In this document: one piece after another, positions 46,961 through 59,900 of the stretch
Numbering within the stretch: the first letter of the stretch is position 1
Layout of the letters: each line of letters opens with the position of its first letter
From: Anthoceros angustus
Taxonomy: Eukaryota > Plantae > Anthocerotophyta
Direction of reading: 5' to 3'
Length of the DNA stretch: 64,000 nt
Assembly: GCA_010909165.1 (NCBI GenBank)
Contig: VJWM01000182.1
Location: 186,001 to 250,000 of the forward strand
Position numbers and translations under genes: made by a program
The notes under the pieces: generated by a model
The model's input: only the letters and a program-made list of their open reading frames with translations
Database searches by the model: none
Told to the model about the DNA's origin: nothing

Positions 46961-49900
46961 ATGGGAGTGGATCAGGACCTCGCAGAGCACCAAAGGTTAG
47001 AGGCAAATGCCGTGTTCCGGACAGCAGCTACAGAGCTTTCTGCTCTGGGACTGGAGACTGGAAGGCCAGGTAGCCGGTCCAAGCTGCCCTTGAATTTGTT
47101 AGCATGTGACGGGAGGGGCCGCCTGTATGTGTGGAACTCCACAGACAAGAGGCTGCAGTACGTTGATATTAAAGACTCAGGTCCTGTGTCTACCTCTGTG
47201 GACAGTCCAGGCCTGTTTGCCTCACCACATGCCAAGGTGAGGCTGCTGCCTAAGCCGGGCAAGTTGTTTTGCTTCTTCTGCTGTGGCCTCCTGGGGTGTC
47301 TGACTGTAATGGTCTCACGTGTTTCAAGTTTCTGTTCTTCAGACTGTTGAACTGAGTACACCAGTGACTTTTCCAGTCCGCTTCCTTACACTCAATAGAG
47401 TAGGGCGGTCGTTAGCCCTAGTTGGAAGTGGAGAATTGCTGGTTGTAGACCTGGTGCCTTATGCCTCTGCAAATGCCTCGGATTCCGAAGTATGCAGGTA
47501 CGCACGTCTTTGGTGGGTCAAAGGACAGCAGTAGCTTGTTTTTGTTTACAGCTCTCAATACTATGTTGTTTTCAGTGGCCAGTTGCAAGTTCAAGGCCCC
47601 CGTCAAGTACATGAGCATCTGAAAATATGTCTGCAGGACTAGTGTAGTTGGTGTGGACCGGGTTTTCCAGGCTAAGAAGGTGCATTCGTTGAGGATATTG
47701 CAAGTAGCTTGGCATCCCTATAGTGATACGCATCTTGGTGTCCTCTCCTCCGATGGAGTTTTCAGGTGGAGTTGCTTGCACCTCTTCTATTTGTGGTGAT
47801 TGTGCCTCTTTAACTTCTGTCTTTAATGAGATCGTTTCCTGGTGTAGGTTATTTGATCTATCAATTGACCCACACAGAGCAGAGCAAGAGTATCATCTAC
47901 AGCCAGGAATGCCTCGGAAACCAGACTCATCTCTTGCTCGCCCAGTCTCATTTGCTTTTGGTGGAGAGCATCTCTGGGACCGCTTCACTGTATGTTATTG
48001 TCTCTGTTGATGCGCTGGATTTTTGCTCACAATTTGTCTAGCCCACAGTCAAAAGTTTGCTTTTCATCCTGCGATGTACGATGATGTCCTGGTACAGAGG
48101 GGCAGCCATTTCAGGGCTTTTGACACCTCAACATGCATGCAGTGAAAGTAACCAGCGCATATTCTGGCCAGGTGTTTTTGGCTTTCAGCAATGGATCCAT
48201 CTATTGTCTCTGCCCGGTGGTGCCATTTGGCAGGTATGGTAGCTTGCCGGGGAACTGTGAGGATGTTGAAGTTACCCATGAGTATGTCTTGATGAGTTTC
48301 CAGATTGTTTATCTGGTACCGGTGTGTTGCACAGCCTGTACAATACTACAGCACTGGAGGAGCTTGCAAGGGACGCAGGGCAGTCCTCCCTTCTTTCTGA
48401 TCCCACTGCCTCAGGAAATGCCACAATGGCTCGTTTCTGGTTGGAATCGGTTTTTCCTGGGCTTGGTAACTCTCCTGGCTCGGATGCAACACGACTGGGA
48501 TCGACTGGGAGGTTCATGAGGAAGGCTTTCAGCTATGTGCCACTTGACTCATCGGTTGCTCTTCAAGTAAGTGCTTCCAAAACTTTGATGCATCTAGAAA
48601 TGTTGTCTGGAGTCCTCAGCATGTCAGCGTCTACGCTCCAGCATGTCTGTACTGACGTCGAATCTGGATGGCAGGGTCCTTTCACAACAGTTTGGAGTGG
48701 AGATGTGCTGAGCGAAAAATTTGAGCAGTCAGATGAGGCAAGGCAGGTCGGGAGTGTGCTGTACAACACAGTTGGCAAGGACAGCATACTTGCAATTTGT
48801 GGACTTGATGGGCAGATCCATCTCTATGCTTTAGCTGATGAGGTACAGCCTACGTGGAACCCAGGAGCTGCACCCCGGTTTGAAGTGGATGATGATGGAC
48901 ATCTGTTATCTGTGAGCATGATGGCAGAAGCATCGAAAGAAGAGACTAGGAGATCTACGAGCTTTGGAACTGCTGAGGAGGCCGTTTCAACGGTGTGGAC
49001 TGGGCAACCACCCCCTCTACTCCTGCTTAATTTCGTTGATCTGGCATTATCACCAAAGGTTCTGATAGCAGCGCCACCTGCTCTTATAGCGGACCCTGTT
49101 GTTCCAGAGAGGCTGTACTGCTATCATGCAGGTGGATTAGATGCTATCAGTCTGCAATGGTTGCCATTTTCGGACCAATCCAGATCTGGAACCTCCCTAG
49201 TGGCAGCACCGCCCACCGTGTATCCTGTCTTGGATGCATACTCGGCTGGAATTTCTGCACCTGTGCCTCTCCTTGGGGTGGCTGCATATCAGGACTCCCA
49301 TGGTGAGACGTGGATGATATCTGCCACATTAGGTGGACTTTGTGTAGTAGCAGAAGTGAAGGCTTGCAGGGGGCCAACTGTTTTTGTGGATGAGTCCACG
49401 GAAGATGATCAGCACCTGAAACCCTTGTCCCCCTTGACATTGGTCAGTAAGGAACTCTTGCAAGGGCCCAAGGACATTCCCATTGCTCAGGTAAAGTACC
49501 AGTATCTCTTGTTTCAGGTAGGCCTGTTTAAACCGCAGTTGTACCTCACGACGCCGATTTCCGTTCACTGGAATCAAGCTGCTGCGTCAGGCTCTAATAT
49601 GCGACCTTATCGCAGTTTGCAGCTTCAGGACTCAAGTTAACTGCCGATTCAATCGAGGGCCGAACCATCCTTCATGATCAGTGCAAGCTGCTTCGTGAGA
49701 AGTACATTGAGTATGCTCACAAGGTATGTCTAGATGCTTATCCTTGGGGCAGTTGTATGGATTATCTTGTCAATCATATGGCTTGTTGTCCTGCTTGTCG
49801 GAGTGCGGTTTTAAATTTTGCTTGTGCCGGCTGTGCGTGCAGGTGCATGTGGAGCTGGCATCCCATGGGGATCGCCTGCATGAGATTATCAGTGCACAGC

Positions 49901-50442
49901 ATGAGCAACTGGAAAGGGTTCAGGAAAACGTGGGTCTGGTATTTGACAATTTTGATCCTTTGGGCTGGCGAATCCAGCGAGCTCGTGAAAAGAACAAGGA
50001 GTTGGGGATCAGAGCCAAAAAATGCAGCGAACATCCTGTGTTCACTCGCAGACCTCTGACGATCGCGGAGAGGCAATTAAAAGATATGCTTGGTGAGCAT
50101 ACAGCTTTACTTCCGTCTGCTGCGCCCGCTTGCTGTGATTGTGAAACAATGGCAGTAACCTGGATTTACTGTTTGGCAGATCGCGTGGCGTATCAAGATT
50201 TTGATGTCCTGAGATCAGCTTTGGAAGAGCTGAATGTGCGATCACAGCATCTGGCTGGCCGCTTGCAGCCGAGGACACCTCAGACAGGAAGAGTCGTAGT
50301 TCCTTCCGCTCAAATGCGTCGCCTGAAAGGCGCAGTAGATCAGCTGTCCGCCATCGTAGCAGATGCAACCAAGAAGGTTAAGGCCGTGGATGAGTCGGTG
50401 AAACACCAGGAGAAGTTACTAGATCGTACTCAGCGGCCATAG
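46961..50442 (+). CDS. NUP88: Nuclear pore complex protein NUP88 (MOS7-like)
   Basis: LACDGRGRLYVWNS, HPYSDTHLGVLSSDGVFRLFDLS...EQEYHLQP, DPVVPERLYCYHAGGLDAI, and a C-terminal coiled coil. Confidence 0.88.
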
Positions 50443-50648
50443 TACATGGATGATGGATGCTTGATGCCTGCCTCTCCCGGATCTGTTACTTTGTCAATTT
50501 CTACCCGAATATTAAACTCTGTATAAAATTTACCGACTTCGACAAGCGTAGTCACTTCACGAAATCGTGACACAGACCTAGCATACACGACGGAGCCTGT
50601 TGTTGTCCACTCTGAGCGGGCAGCTCTCGGAGTGTGTCTCCGGCGGCC

Positions 50649-51342
50649 ATGGGCAATCCTCCTCAAACAAGGGAGCAGCAGCAGGCACAGGAAGAACAGA
50701 AGCGGTCAGTCAGTGTATCGCCTGCGGCACGCACATCGCTCCTAGCCTGCCCTTGTTTGGATGACGCTTTCTCACTTTGCGGGTATGACGCAGGGAGCAA
50801 GAGGAGCGCAGGCAGATGATGTTGTCAAGGGTTTTGACTCCGGAGGCACGTGAACGCCGTGAGTTGGTTCGGTTTCACCAATCCTGTCTGCTCAATTCGC
50901 CTGCCCATGTACTCTATCTGTGGTGACGCTCCGTCCTTTGCTTTGCTTGTGCCAGTCGCTCGGATCGCCCTGGTGAAGCCCGAGAAGGCAAGAGGCGTGG
51001 AAGACGTGATTCTGCGGAGTGCTCAATATGGGCAAACCGTAGAGAAAGTGAGCTAAGCTAGCTAAGTAGCGCCTTGTGTTAACCTCGCTGCTGCGGTGTG
51101 TTTGGATGACACTGCAATCTTGTGTTCCGCAGGTTTCAGAGGAGCGGCTTGTGTCGTTGCTGGAGCAGATCAACGAACAGACACAGAAGCAAACTAAAGT
51201 CACTGTGAGTTCGTAGGGTTTGGAGAATTCAGTATGCTTCTGCCCTGCCTTGTTGGACACTAGATGTGTAATACATCTGCTTCCGGTGGTCTGCTTGGTT
51301 TCGCAGATCCAACGGCGGAGGAGCGTGTTGGATGATGACTAG
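50649..51342 (+). CDS. PDCD5: Programmed cell death protein 5 / dsDNA-binding family (5 small exons)
   Basis: Spliced product MGNPPQ...EERRQMMLSRVLTPEARERLARIALVKPEKARGVEDVILRSAQYGQTVEKVSEERLVSLLEQINEQTQKQTKVTIQRRRSVLDDD. Confidence 0.92.
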
Positions 51343-51553
51343 TAGAAGAGGCAAAGCTGGACGAGGTCTAGGGCAGTTGGAAGTTATTTCCCCCCAGGTT
51401 AATGGGATTGTGTTGAAACTGTGTGTTTTTGAAGGTTCTGAAACCAACCAAGTTGGCGTGAAAGCCTATATGAGAAGTGCTGTGAGTCTACCAGATGCCA
51501 GAAGTGAGGGGCAAGTTCATGGCAAGATATGACATGGAGGTATAGATGCCCTG

Positions 51554-53613
51554 TTACAACCAAGCAGGATTTGAAATTGGAGATATGACTGATTTCACTT
51601 GGATGTACGGATCGAGGCCATATGGGCCCAGCTCCCGTCCGATCCCACTCTCCTTGTAACCACCGAAAGGCACATTGACGTCCAGCGTGAGAAAGCAGTT
51701 GAACCAAACTGTTCCGGCTTTCACAGCCCTGGAGAAGGTAGTTGCAGTGTCTAGGCTCTTGGTCATGATTCCTGCTGCGAGACCGTAGGTTGTGCTGTTC
51801 ACCCTGCGTATCACGTCCTCCATCGTCCTGCACTTGCAACACCGTGAGCAAAGGTTTACAAACCTCAAGGACATGGAGTGAGACACTGCAGGGCCATGGA
51901 GTGAGACAGTGAAGTGCCTTACTTGAATTTCAAGATGGACATCACTGGGCCGAAAATCTCCTCTCTTGCTATCGTCATGTCATCCTGCAGCAGAGAAGCA
52001 ATGCGAAATCCGGAAGACGTGACAGAGCGAAGCGCTCGCTAGGACGAAAAGATACAATTAGGTCCTGGAAGGAACGTCACCTCGACATCTGCAAAGACCG
52101 TGGGCTGGATGAAGTAGCCTGAAGTGCCGACCCTGCTCCCTCCGCAAACCAGCCTCGCCCCTTCCTGCTTCCCGGATTCTATAAAGCCCAGTATCTTCTG
52201 AAACTGCACATCGTCCACCTGGGGCCCTTGCTCGACTCCGGCCTGAAACGGGTCGCCCACCACTCGCTTGGACGCACGCTCTGCCGACCTCTTCACGAAG
52301 TCATCGTACACACTTTCGTGCACGAAGGTGCGAGCACCTGCGCAGCAACATTGGCCCTGCCCAACCCCACAGCTGCGGATTCAGAGGGCTACTTAGTAAC
52401 CCACGGAGCCAGCAATCATATCCCTGCTGCAGAGCTCGCTCCCGGCCTCACCTGATTGAAGAAGAGAGCGATGTGCGCAACGTCGACAGCAGCATCCAGG
52501 TCCGCATCCTGGCACACCACGAGCGGGGACTTGCCGCCCAGCTCCAGGGTCACGGGCTTCAGATTGCTCCTGGCGGCAGCCTCCATGATTAGCCTCCCCA
52601 CTTCCGTGGAGCCAGTGAAGGCCACCTTATCGACATCCATGTGCCCGGCGATGGCGGCACCTGCCGTCGGGCCATACCCAGGCACCAGATTGAGCACACC
52701 CGGGGGCACGCCGGCCTGCCACAAGCACCATTTCGTGAACAAACCACTCGACCAGAGGCTGCTCCCGCAAGCAGCTATGACGCACCTCCAGTGCGAGCTG
52801 CCCCGCATACAAGGCTGTCAGCGGAGTCTGCTCCGCCGGCTTCACAACCACGGCGTTCCCCACGCACAGGGCCGGGGCCACCTTCATGGCGAACATGGCC
52901 AGGGGGAAGTTCCAGGGAATGATGGCGCCCACCACTCCGATGGGCTCGTGCAAGGAGAGCGCATGGTAAGGCCCGTCCGCCCTGAGCGTGCGCCCGCTGA
53001 TCTTGTCCGCCCAGCCTGCATAGTACCGAAATGTCTTCACAGCGAAGGCCACCACCTGCGTCAAGGCCACTTCGTACAGCATCCCGTTATCCAGCGTCTC
53101 CAGGGCAGCCATCTCCGCACTCTTGTCCTCCAGGAGGTCAGCGAGCTTGTCGAGAACGCGGCCCCTTTGCTGCACATACCACCCCAGTTGCAGTGGATCA
53201 GTCCCATTCTGTGGAGGAACGCAAGCCCGTTGCCTGCCTTGAGCCTCGCGGAAGCGCAGCAACGACACTAACATATCCCGACATCCGGGGCCACGGCCCC
53301 TGGTCGAAAGCCTTCCTGGCTGCCTGCACAGCTCGCTCCACATCCTCCTTGTCGGCTTCAGCAACCCGGGCGATGACCTCTCCCGAGCGTGGGTCTGTGC
53401 TGGCAAATGTTTTGCCTGCACCCAACATCCATCTCATCCACCATCAGCAATATTGGCAATGCCACGCCTGCAAAGTGCGCTGCGAACTCATTCACGCCCA
53501 CATCCATGCAATGCAAGCCGACCGCACTCACCTGAAACAGATGGCACCCAGTTTCCGTCAATCAGGAGTTGAGAGTACCTCACTTCCACTGAAGATGGAT
53601 CAACCCGGCCCAT
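51554..53613 (-). CDS. ALDH2: Aldehyde dehydrogenase family 2 (no transit peptide evident), copy A
   Basis: [60 protein letters not shown] and [15 protein letters not shown]. Confidence 0.93.
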
Positions 53614-53989
53614 TTCAATTTCCAAACTCCTCGCCTCCCTGCGGCCTGAGATGTTTACCCTCGCTCCCGAATGTCACCACCGAGCTCCGTCCATATGCAC
53701 ATACTTTCATCACATGGACACGGCCCGCAGGTCCGAGTTGCACGCGTCGCACACACACCTTGTTCCTTGTTCCTTGTCTCTGACTTCACCTGTGACTTCA
53801 AAGATTCTTTGAAGAAATAACAACCGAATATTTCATCAAAGATTCTTTGAAGAAATAACAACCGAATATTTCATCTACTTCACAACCGAACTTCATATGT
53901 ACATATACATATGTACCTACAGCATATGCTCAGAAGGACTTGCCTCCTTTCTCTACATTTATCACTGATGGCTTTAGGGGATTGCAGGC

Positions 53990-54720
53990 ATATCTGCTCG
54001 AGAAGCAGCTCGGTCGCTTACAGCCTCCCTCCAGACCCTCCATCTCCAGTCCACTAGGCGGCTCGCTCTTGTTCGGAAGGAGTGTGCCATCGCCCGCTTT
54101 ATGCACGGGATTTCACATCGCACCAACTACCTTCGCATCGCGATGCGATTCCGTCTCGGCCTACTCCACCGGGCTTCTTCGCCTCACTTGTGAATGCGGC
54201 TCGCCTTGACGCCTCGTGTCCACCTTGCTCGTTGTCCCCACGGGTCATCGACACACCACGCCATCCGGTGACGCCATGTTTGCCATTGCTCGCGAAAGTG
54301 GCTATATGGCCCGGAGGGAGTATACTCTTGTCGTTCAATCGTATGACTTATACCTTGTCCGTGGTGACCGGTTGTGGTGGCGGATGTAGTGGTTACGACC
54401 GTGCACGTGACGCCACCTCCGCCCATGTCATCACCAACCGTCAGCCGGGTCACTACCCTGCATGCCTCAAGGTCCGCAAGTATAGCAAGATGCAAGCGGG
54501 CCACCTCTTTATCCCGCTTGCTCTAGAAACGTATGGGGCAATGGTTGAGGACTTTGACAAATTCGTCAAGTCTTGTGCCAAAGCTTACCATGCGCAGTAT
54601 AGTGTATCGTCCTCTCGTACTTTACAAAGATACTCCGATACTGGTTTCTATTGCTCTTCAACGGGCGCCTCAACGGCGATTCTCCATAAGTGACGGTGGG
54701 TGATGCCTTTCCTCTTCCTC
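53990..54720 (+). mobile_element. 3' remnant of a CRE-type non-LTR retrotransposon
   Basis: IAMRFRLGL, CECGSP, frameshifted HLARCPHG...HHAIR, DAMFAIARESG, VADVVV and KVRKY...FIPLALETYG. Confidence 0.75.
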
Positions 54721-55559
54721 CGTGGTTTGCGGTGCCGCTTATTCTACCGCATATGACATTGTGGGTGCAATTGGTCACTTTAGGTAGGGAGCTCAGTTGC
54801 TCCTCTTCACTCCGACCCCCGGGTCCCCATTTGTTGTCCCCTCCTAGATGGTCTCTTTCCATCGTTCTTTCACCTCAATAAATCATCCATTTTATGTACC
54901 TACATACATACTGTACATGTACATGCGTGTGTAGTACTTAATACTTATGTAGGTACCTAGTACCGGCAACACTCTCGGTCTTGAGGACGGGCTACTCCCT
55001 GGGACTGGCCGTCCTTCACCGCATGTGACCGGTTTTTGTCTTTGCATTGCCGGGCCCTTTGTCGGACTCCGTCTAGATAGCTTGGACCGAATGGGGTACC
55101 TCTCTAGATGGCTTAGACTACATGGAGTGCTCTCTAGATAGCTTGGACTCAATAAGGTATGTTATAGTTAAGCACTTCATACTTCAATTAAACCTAAATG
55201 GGGTGCCTCTCTAGATTGCTTAAGCCAAGTGGAAATGAATACATTTAGAACGTCCTAGGTAAATGTTTCACACTTTAACTAAACGCAGATGCGGTGCCTC
55301 TCGAGATAGAGATTAGGTTTAGACCTTCATGGAGTATAGTACTCCCATTCAAGGCACCCTTTCAGGGTTTGTTCCATGAAGACCAGCCCTCTGCTTACTT
55401 GAAGTTGAGAACCATAGAATTAAAAAACCATTTAGGATTTAGGGTTTAGGATATTTTTTTAGTATAGTATTTTTATAGTAGTATTATGATTTCTAAAAAA
55501 TAAGAAGCCGTACAATAAGTAAGGAATTACTTGGATCAAAGTTGGTAAGTTAAGAGGTT

Positions 55560-56200
55560 AGCGGTAGTGAGACTGTGCCTAGGGCTTAAGGAAGCTAGAT
55601 TGTTTAATGCAGTTGCTTAAAAGTAAAGTAAGCCTTCCGGGGATGAGGCTAGCCCTGAAGAGTCATTTCCTAACACTTGTGCCGCACTCTTGTAGGGAAG
55701 CACTGAGGGAAGCATTGAGGGAAGCATTGAGGTGCATAGAGGCTGTGGTGTGGGACAAACTAGTAGAGTGTGTCTGCTCAGAGAAGAGCTTCGAGAAGCA
55801 AATGGAGCTTTACGTAGCTGTCTAGCGGTCTTTGATCTTTCTTGTATTCTTATTGTACTCTAGCATAGTAAAGAGCAATAGCAAAGGTATCGTCTACGAG
55901 TCATCTTTGAAAGACGCGAGCCACTTGGAGGCCTAGTAGTTGTGTCTTGGTGTGTGTATTATTGTGCCTTTAACTACATGTGTGCCAAACTTCCAAGAAA
56001 GGGATGTTATGTCTTGTGATATCAGAGCTCAAGGTTGTGACGTCTCTTAGCTATCATCCCTTAGCGTTCTAACCAAAGATGGTCGATCCAGGTGAACAAG
56101 GCAGAAAAGAGACAAGGCCCCTTCTTAGAGACAATGTTGGAAAAGCCGCATGTGGAACCACCACCATTCAAAACGGCAGCTCAAAGCCTTGGCAACTTTA
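55560..56200 (+). mobile_element. Possible LTR retrotransposon remnant (LTR plus degenerate PBS)
   Basis: LTR-like low-complexity block followed by TGATATCAGAGC (~56017-56029), which resembles the tRNA-iMet PBS TGGTATCAGAGC. Confidence 0.35.
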
Positions 56201-56941
56201 CTTCAAATTATTCATGTGGATTGCCCATGCAAATTGTGAGTAATTAGAATCTAAGGTTCATGGGAGCAACACTTGATGAAAAGTTTGAGTGTAGAATTGT
56301 GTATGAACAACACGGATAGGGATGGTTCAATTGAAGGAGTCAACAGAATCTAAGAAGAGTACTTGCCTTTAACGGTGTGCGTGCGTGGATGCTCATCTTC
56401 CGAGAAAGAAATATTACTTATAACATAAATATATTTTTACATTATTAATAAATATGCAGAGATTGGGAAGTCCCAATGTACACCGCGGCCATGGGGAACA
56501 ACCTCTCAACGAGGGCCCCAAATCTAGATACAATATAGGTATATTATGTAGCTAGGTAATCTCAACGGCGAACCTGGTCTGCCTTTGGGTGCGCCATATT
56601 CGCCTGGATCGGTACGTAGCGGGGTTTTCGCTTGTAATTATCAAAGTATTTGTGAAACCCAGTGCGAAGCAAGCGAAGATGCAGTGGCAAGCGAGAGATT
56701 GCGACTCTGCACGACGTCGTTAGGCGATTTGGATTGTTTAAGAGAGGCAAACATACAGGGCCCCACTTGGTACGTGCAATGACCTAAATCTCTCGCTTCC
56801 CGTTACAGCGATCAAGAGAAGGTGCTTGCCTGCATTGCGTGAAGCGCTTGAAGATGCAAGTCTTTTCCCCCCAAGCGCAGCAGCTTCACACTCTGCCACA
56901 TCTTCTGAATTCTTTGTCGGGGTCGGTCCAAATGCTGAGCG

Positions 56942-59900
56942 ATGGCAGGTACGGAGAAGACTGCAGCAGTGATGCCGGGAGGAGGAGGGGCGGGAGGATC
57001 CGCCCCGCCTCCTGCTCCATGGACCGGACCTTCCTGGGCTGCGGGTCTGCACCACAAGCTGCACGATTTTGTCAAGAAGGGCCTACTCAAGCAGCTCATG
57101 TTTCCAGGTGCCACGGTAGGTCTCTCCTCACTTCTGCTGCCCCGTTTTCGTGCACTTGCGTCCACTAATTTTGGCCCTTGCTGGATCTCGTCGGCTTGGC
57201 CTGTGCAGGTATGTGATCTCTTTTGTGGTCGGGGGCCAGATACAGCCAAGTGGGCTGAAGCCGGAACAGGTCATTATATTGGAGTGGGTAGGTGCACCTT
57301 CTCCTGGTGAACGCACGAAATGTGACTCAGCTGCCTCTACTGTGCTTTGTGCCATCGCTGTGTTCTGGTCCACGTTTGGAAAATTTTGGCTACCATAAGC
57401 TCCTATGGCTAGCATTTGATCTCACAGTTTGCCTTGGCTGAAAAAAATTTCGCACGCGCTTCGCTCCCTATTGCAGACCTGTCAGCTTCTGCTTTGGAGG
57501 AGGCACGAGAAGAATGGATGGGTCGCGGAAAGCCATACCCTGCCTTTTTCTGTGAATTGGATCCTTGCATGGTGCGTTTATTCTGTCTCCTTCTTTTCTG
57601 TTGGTGCAAGTTGTTGTGCCGAAGTAACCCAATTTTTCTTGCATGCCAGCAAAATCTTCACGCACGACTGGAAGGTCATGGTCTTCCTGCAGATGTGGTG
57701 TGTTGTCTCGGGCACTTGCAGGTGAGTCTACTCTCTGCTGCCTTTGTAATGCGAACTCTTCTATTAGGCACAACCAGGCTTTATCCTCGGGCTGTATTTC
57801 ATGGGGTCCTGTTTCAGGATTGCTTCTCAAATGAGGAAACGCTGAAGAGTCTCCTGAACAATGTTGCTACGTTGTTGAAGCCAGGGGGCATGTTTTTTGG
57901 GATCACACCAGATTCGTCCACTATTTGGTACTCGTTTATTCTCACCATTTGATCAGCGTGTGTGTTTTGAGTTTACTTGTTCATCCTGTGTCAACTACAA
58001 TTCCAGGAAGGTTGCTCTCTATGTAGGTACAAGTATCAAAAGGCTGTAGAAGGAGCCATGAAAACTGGCTCTCTAAGAGCTAATGGTGCATTACCTCGAG
58101 TCAAGAACGAGCTGTTTACAATCAGCTTTGAAAATGACAGGTTGCTGGCAACTGTACCTCAAATTCCGCAAGTCTGACATCATCCATGATAGCAGGACAA
58201 AATAAACTAGCACTTTTTATTGATATTTATAGCTGCCTGTTACAGCTGTCGGAGCAAGCAGCGTGAAGGCTGAGCAAAGCTGACTAACCAACTCGGTTCT
58301 GCTTGCAGGTTCAATTTTTATGGCACAAAGTATCAGCTTCGTTTTGCAGATGATGGGCTTCCCCCACAAGCTCAGCTTTTGGTTCACTTCCCAAGCTTAA
58401 TAAGGTGCCCAGTCTAGGGTTTGTAGAAAGTTTGCACGTCTCCTGGATACTGCTCAGTACTGCAAATTGACATAACTTGTCCTGTTATTACAGAATTGCG
58501 AAGGAGGTGGGCTTAGAGTGTGTGGAAATCCAAAACTTGTTTGATTTCTATGAAGATTTCCGGTATGTCTCGTTTTCCAGGCGTATTTGCGACTGTAATT
58601 GAATAACCAATGTGCATAGCGTTTGTGTCCCGCCCAGTTCTGTATCAATAGTTGCTTGTCAGTGCCAGTAAATTGATGGACGCATTGCTGGTGAGCAGAA
58701 CAACATTTGCTGACGCTTTGCGCAGCAGCTGTGGGACGGTGTTGGATCCTAAGGGACGCCTGCCTAATCAGGCACATGAAGTTCTCAGTAGGTTCCAGTA
58801 CTTTGAGACCACCTGCAACAATACAAAGGATTAGTCTTTTGCTGTAGCTGTCGCTCGTTCTCTGCCCTCGGCTGTGGCAGAACTAGTTGAGTGCTGACCA
58901 TCTTGAGGTGTTACTGCAGGCCTTTACAGTACTTTCATCTTCAAGAAAGTGGAGGTGCCTGGGATTCAGCTGTGCCGACCGTCAGCCGCGTCCAAACGCG
59001 CAGCGTCAGATAATAGCAAGGATCATGTGTTTGGAATGTGCGGAGTAGTTTCGTCCGCCGAACGTTTGGAGTCTCCACCAAAAAAGCAAAGACTGGACAC
59101 AACAGCCGGAAGAAGTAAGAAACCTGATGCAAATACTGTTGCATCCGACAGGCTGGAACCGTTCGAAGGGGAGATGAAACGGCAGAGAACTGATCTACCT
59201 GGTGATAAGCGTCGACAACAGGTGGAAGAAGACCATAAAGCTACCAAATCCAGGAGACGTAAAAGTCTGGAGCCTATGGCTAGCTGGGCTGAGCAAACCG
59301 AAACAAACAATGCAGCAGGAATGGGGAAAGTAACTGAAAGTTCTGAGCTGCATTCAGAAAAATCAGGTGTGCCCAAAGAGGTTGGCAGATCTTGCAAGTA
59401 TGAACGCTCACCAGATCGAGGGGAAATGTGTAGACCACATTTGGGGACATCTAGCCGGAAGCCAGTACCAGAAAGCAGGCTGCAAGCTGAAGGAACTTCT
59501 CAGGAAGTTGAGGAGTGCGGGCAACGTCCAAAGAGGCAAAAGCTTGATATAGCAGCAGGACATGGGCATCATTTACCTGAACATCAGGTCAAGATAATGA
59601 CACTTGTTTCGGAAGGGGCGTCTGCAGAAGTTTGTCCTCAGGTGGATGAGTCAAAGAACCCGATTCTGAAGCTTTCCACAATTGATGTGTGCAGCGGGCC
59701 AGAGCAGCGTGTCTTGACTGTTCAAAGCGCTGGTGGAACACCTTCGGCAGCACAAAGTGAGAGTTCGAAAGTCATTGATCGAAAATCTGCAGGCTTCAAA
59801 GAGCAGTCCAAGCTGGCTACAGATCCAACGCTAGGAAGTGGACTCGAGAGTGAGAACAATGTTGGCTGCAGGGCCGAAACGCATAAAGCTCGTTTGAAAT

